From NCBI RefSeq assembly GCF_037042905.1, contig NC_087251.1, positions 43,650,001 to 43,714,000 of the forward strand: a stretch of 64,000 bases of DNA. Reading direction: 5' to 3'. Of the stretch, positions 61,236 to 64,000 are shown in pieces. This DNA is from Lytechinus pictus (Eukaryota). Positions within the stretch are counted from its first letter, which is position 1. Every line of letters starts with the position of its first letter. The notes beneath the pieces were generated by a model. It saw nothing but the letters and a program-made list of their open reading frames with translations, had not been told where the DNA came from and searched no databases. A program made the translations under genes and the position numbers.

Positions 61236-62246
61236 AATCATTCTAACCATATTCATTTATTAATCTAGAAGACAATTTGAAGTATTAGTATGCGCAAGTT
61301 CTTTACATACTTCACCCCCCCCCCAAAAAAAAAAAATAGAGGGAATTATATTGTCAAAAATATGCAATTAACCTAAAATGATTAAACAACAATAATTTAT
61401 TCAACTCTTGAAATCACTATCGATGTCCAACATCTTTTTAGTTGACTCAGGAATCAGGATTATAGAAATTTGAGCCTCAAATTTAAATGAATAAGGCACT
61501 AAGGGAGGGGAAATGGAGAGAGAACATGCATTGAACAAAGACAGAGTAGCTATTAAAGACGGTTTTTCTTCCCAGGTGAGTGATTCTTCAACATGCTTGA
61601 CTATTGATTAGTCAGAAATTTTATGACTATAGTCTAGACTGAGTAGGCTTTTGTCTTCAGTTTGTAATCAGTGATAATCAGTCAATACACAAGTTTGACT
61701 ACAAGTAGCTTTCACTCAATCAATTTGCATTCTTTTAATCATCTACAAAACTTCCATTACACTTGATTTTTAAAAAACCTATAATTGTCTACAATGTATT
61801 TAAATGTACAATACAAGCACAGCCGTCATCTTCATGTGCAATAAACTTTTTCTCAACTCTATTTTCATCCATTCAGGATGCAGATTACAACTTAACACCA
61901 ATGATAGTTCATCTTTCAAAAAGTTTTCCAAAGTGGGCTGTTGAAATGACCCTACTGGGGCCTATCCTCAGTGAAAAAAAAAATTATTCAAGACCGACAT
62001 CAAATGAAACTATGAAACCCACTCATCTCTTGATTGTAACACCAATAAGACACTTGAATCAACTCTAGCCCGCAGGTAACAAAATGAACAGCGAGAGTAT
62101 CTCTTTCCTAAATGAACCTCTTGTCATCGATTACGTTTTAAAATCAACTCTGCATATCTTTCTTGAGAAAATCTCTATTGGTCATTCTCACTTCTGGTGT
62201 ATATGTATGATCAGCTCATCACTCCTTTTACTTCCTTCAGTAGCTG

Positions 62247-62557
62247 TGGACCGTTTCGTGAAAGTTGTCAGCACTGACAATCTGTCTTTCTCTGACAGTT
62301 ACTATAGTAACAGTCAGAGACCAGTGCTTCTTAGCCAATCAAAAGCAAGGATTTAACTAATTGTCAGCACTGACAATGTAGTCAGTGCTGACAACTTTCA
62401 TGAAACACTCACCTGGTGGGTGTTTCATAAAGCTGTTCACAAGTTACAAATGTCTTAATGCACAACTGGTGACCCTTACTGACATAGCACCTATGAACAT
62501 GTTCCAGTCCTGCATAAAATTGCTTGTAACTTTACAATAAGCTTTGAAAATACCCAC
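62247..62557. mobile_element. Abutting family-A (62247-62412) and family-B (62416-62557) MITEs
   Basis: Same junction ATGAAAC(A/G)CTC(A/C)C-CTG-GTGGGTGTTTCATAAAGCTGTTCA as at 5790-5830. Confidence 0.7.
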
Positions 62558-62665
62558 CAGGAATGAAATATCCATCTTGAATGTTCAATGCTCACTCTCT
62601 CACAGCTAAACATACCATGGCCAGACTGTCTAATTTAGGTATTACATTTCTAGGCATTAAAGTAT

Positions 62666-62943
62666 CAGGGCCCCGTCTTACAAACAGTTACGATTGATCC
62701 GATCAACCACAACTATGGAAAGTCAGCAAAGTCAACATCTAAATGTGTGTTTGTTCAAAATATTTTCTGAATGTGATGTATAATCATACATTCATTGTTT
62801 TCTTGAAAATTCAGTGTGCTTCTCTTTGTTTAGAAAGGACATCATGCAGATTTCAAGAAGAAAACCAATGACATTGTTGGATTTCCATATAATTTAAGAT
62901 GATCGGATGGATCGATCGCAACTCTTTGTAAGACAGGGCCCTG
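62666..62943. mobile_element. Palindromic MITE (same family as 32188-32460)
   Basis: CAGGGCCCCGTCTTACAAA...TTTGTAAGACAGGGCCCTG. Confidence 0.8.
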
Positions 62944-64000
62944 ATGTGACTTTACAGTGCAGGGTAAGTATAACTCTCAGTATACAGTAAACCAGGAATA
63001 GCATAGATCTGTGTGCTTTATAATCTAAGTTAGATGTTAAAATACAGGAGACATATTCTTGCCTACAGTGTACATGTACATTAAAATTGACTAGTCTTTG
63101 AATGATGACAATGCTAAGAATCTTTCAAACTATGTTTTCAGGTGTTTTTGGAACATCGGTCACACACAGCAAATATACTAAAGAGAACATTTTTATGGAA
63201 CTATTGATAATTTTATTTAAAACAACTAAAAAAGTTTGTGAAAAGAAAAGCAATTTAGCAAGGCAACAATATTCAAAACTGACTAGTTTGCCTATTCTGA
63301 ACAACAATAACAATACGATAACAATGTTTTCATTCCGGGATAGCTTTGAAGCTGCTGAAAGGGATTTACTCTTCAAGGTTCAAGACTAGCCTACATAAAT
63401 TTCTAGTGAGAACCTTGAATGCAATTTTACATTGGCATACATGTACGATGCACAAATACACGTAGAGCACTAGAGCAGAGCTGCATATATTCTTGACATG
63501 TCAAGTATACCCATTCCTTGCTTTATCCCTCTTCCTTGCGAATATATCAATACCAGATTTTTATTACAAAGATTTCTAGGAAACCACTATCCGAGATAGT
63601 GAATCTACTTCAAAGTATTCATGTCAAACATGTTTGGTATAATAGAGGTGTCAGAGCAGTGAGTGACAATGTTTACTTGTGAATATGTCACGCTATATCT
63701 CCTATTCGCTGCGAGGCTATCATTCACACCCTATTACTGCTCCCGTATTAAGCAATCGTGCACAAGTTTTTCTCATCATGCTCAGTGGCATTTACCAAAT
63801 CGCTTTACTCCAACAGCCCCAACCCTCCCACCCCCCCCCCCCCCCGGCACACACCACACACAATTTTTCTTGTGATTTGAGTAAAGCTGAAGGATAGGCA
63901 TGGATGAAAATCAATCCAATCAAATTTTTCATGGAGAATGGTTTTATGCGGATATGTAATGCCAAAAGAGGTTCGAAAAAGAGTAGGGTCTTTATTATCA

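Noticed and set aside
61562..61581. Zero-length exon or recursive splice site TTTTTCTTCCCAG|GTGAGT
   Set aside because: It is on the + strand, antisense to PLCB4, and I found no + strand gene to use it.
53629..64000. PLCB4 initiation exon
   Set aside because: No segment resembling the expected N-terminus with a phase-0 donor was found; it probably lies beyond the window. The donor-like site at ~58878 is preceded by non-coding-looking purine-rich sequence.

Overview
AT-rich, repeat-dense animal genomic DNA, most likely an echinoderm such as a sea urchin (inferred from the repeat families, not proven). The window lies inside one minus-strand gene, phospholipase C beta-4 (PLCB4/norpA-like). Five coding exons with canonical GT-AG boundaries (53548-53628, 41950-42009, 18833-18982, 10151-10230, 9381-9516) splice in frame into 169 aa covering the PH domain and the start of the EF-hand region. 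The start exon and all catalytic exons appear to lie outside the window. The introns are full of transposon relics: three non-autonomous AcademH-like elements (TAG..CTA ends; 9-bp TSDs intact on two, RecQ-helicase fragments in two), Harbinger-type elements (one retaining both ORF starts), TTAA-flanked Kolobok-like MITEs, a hAT MITE, Helentron/HINE-like repeats, L2/CR1-type LINE fragments, tRNA-derived SINEs, and a Penelope-like GIY-YIG fragment with a degenerate minimal hammerhead ribozyme. I found no convincingly new biological system. The best leads are the AcademH nest, the hammerhead copies and two candidate alternative PLCB4 exons. All family assignments are by eye, without database searches.
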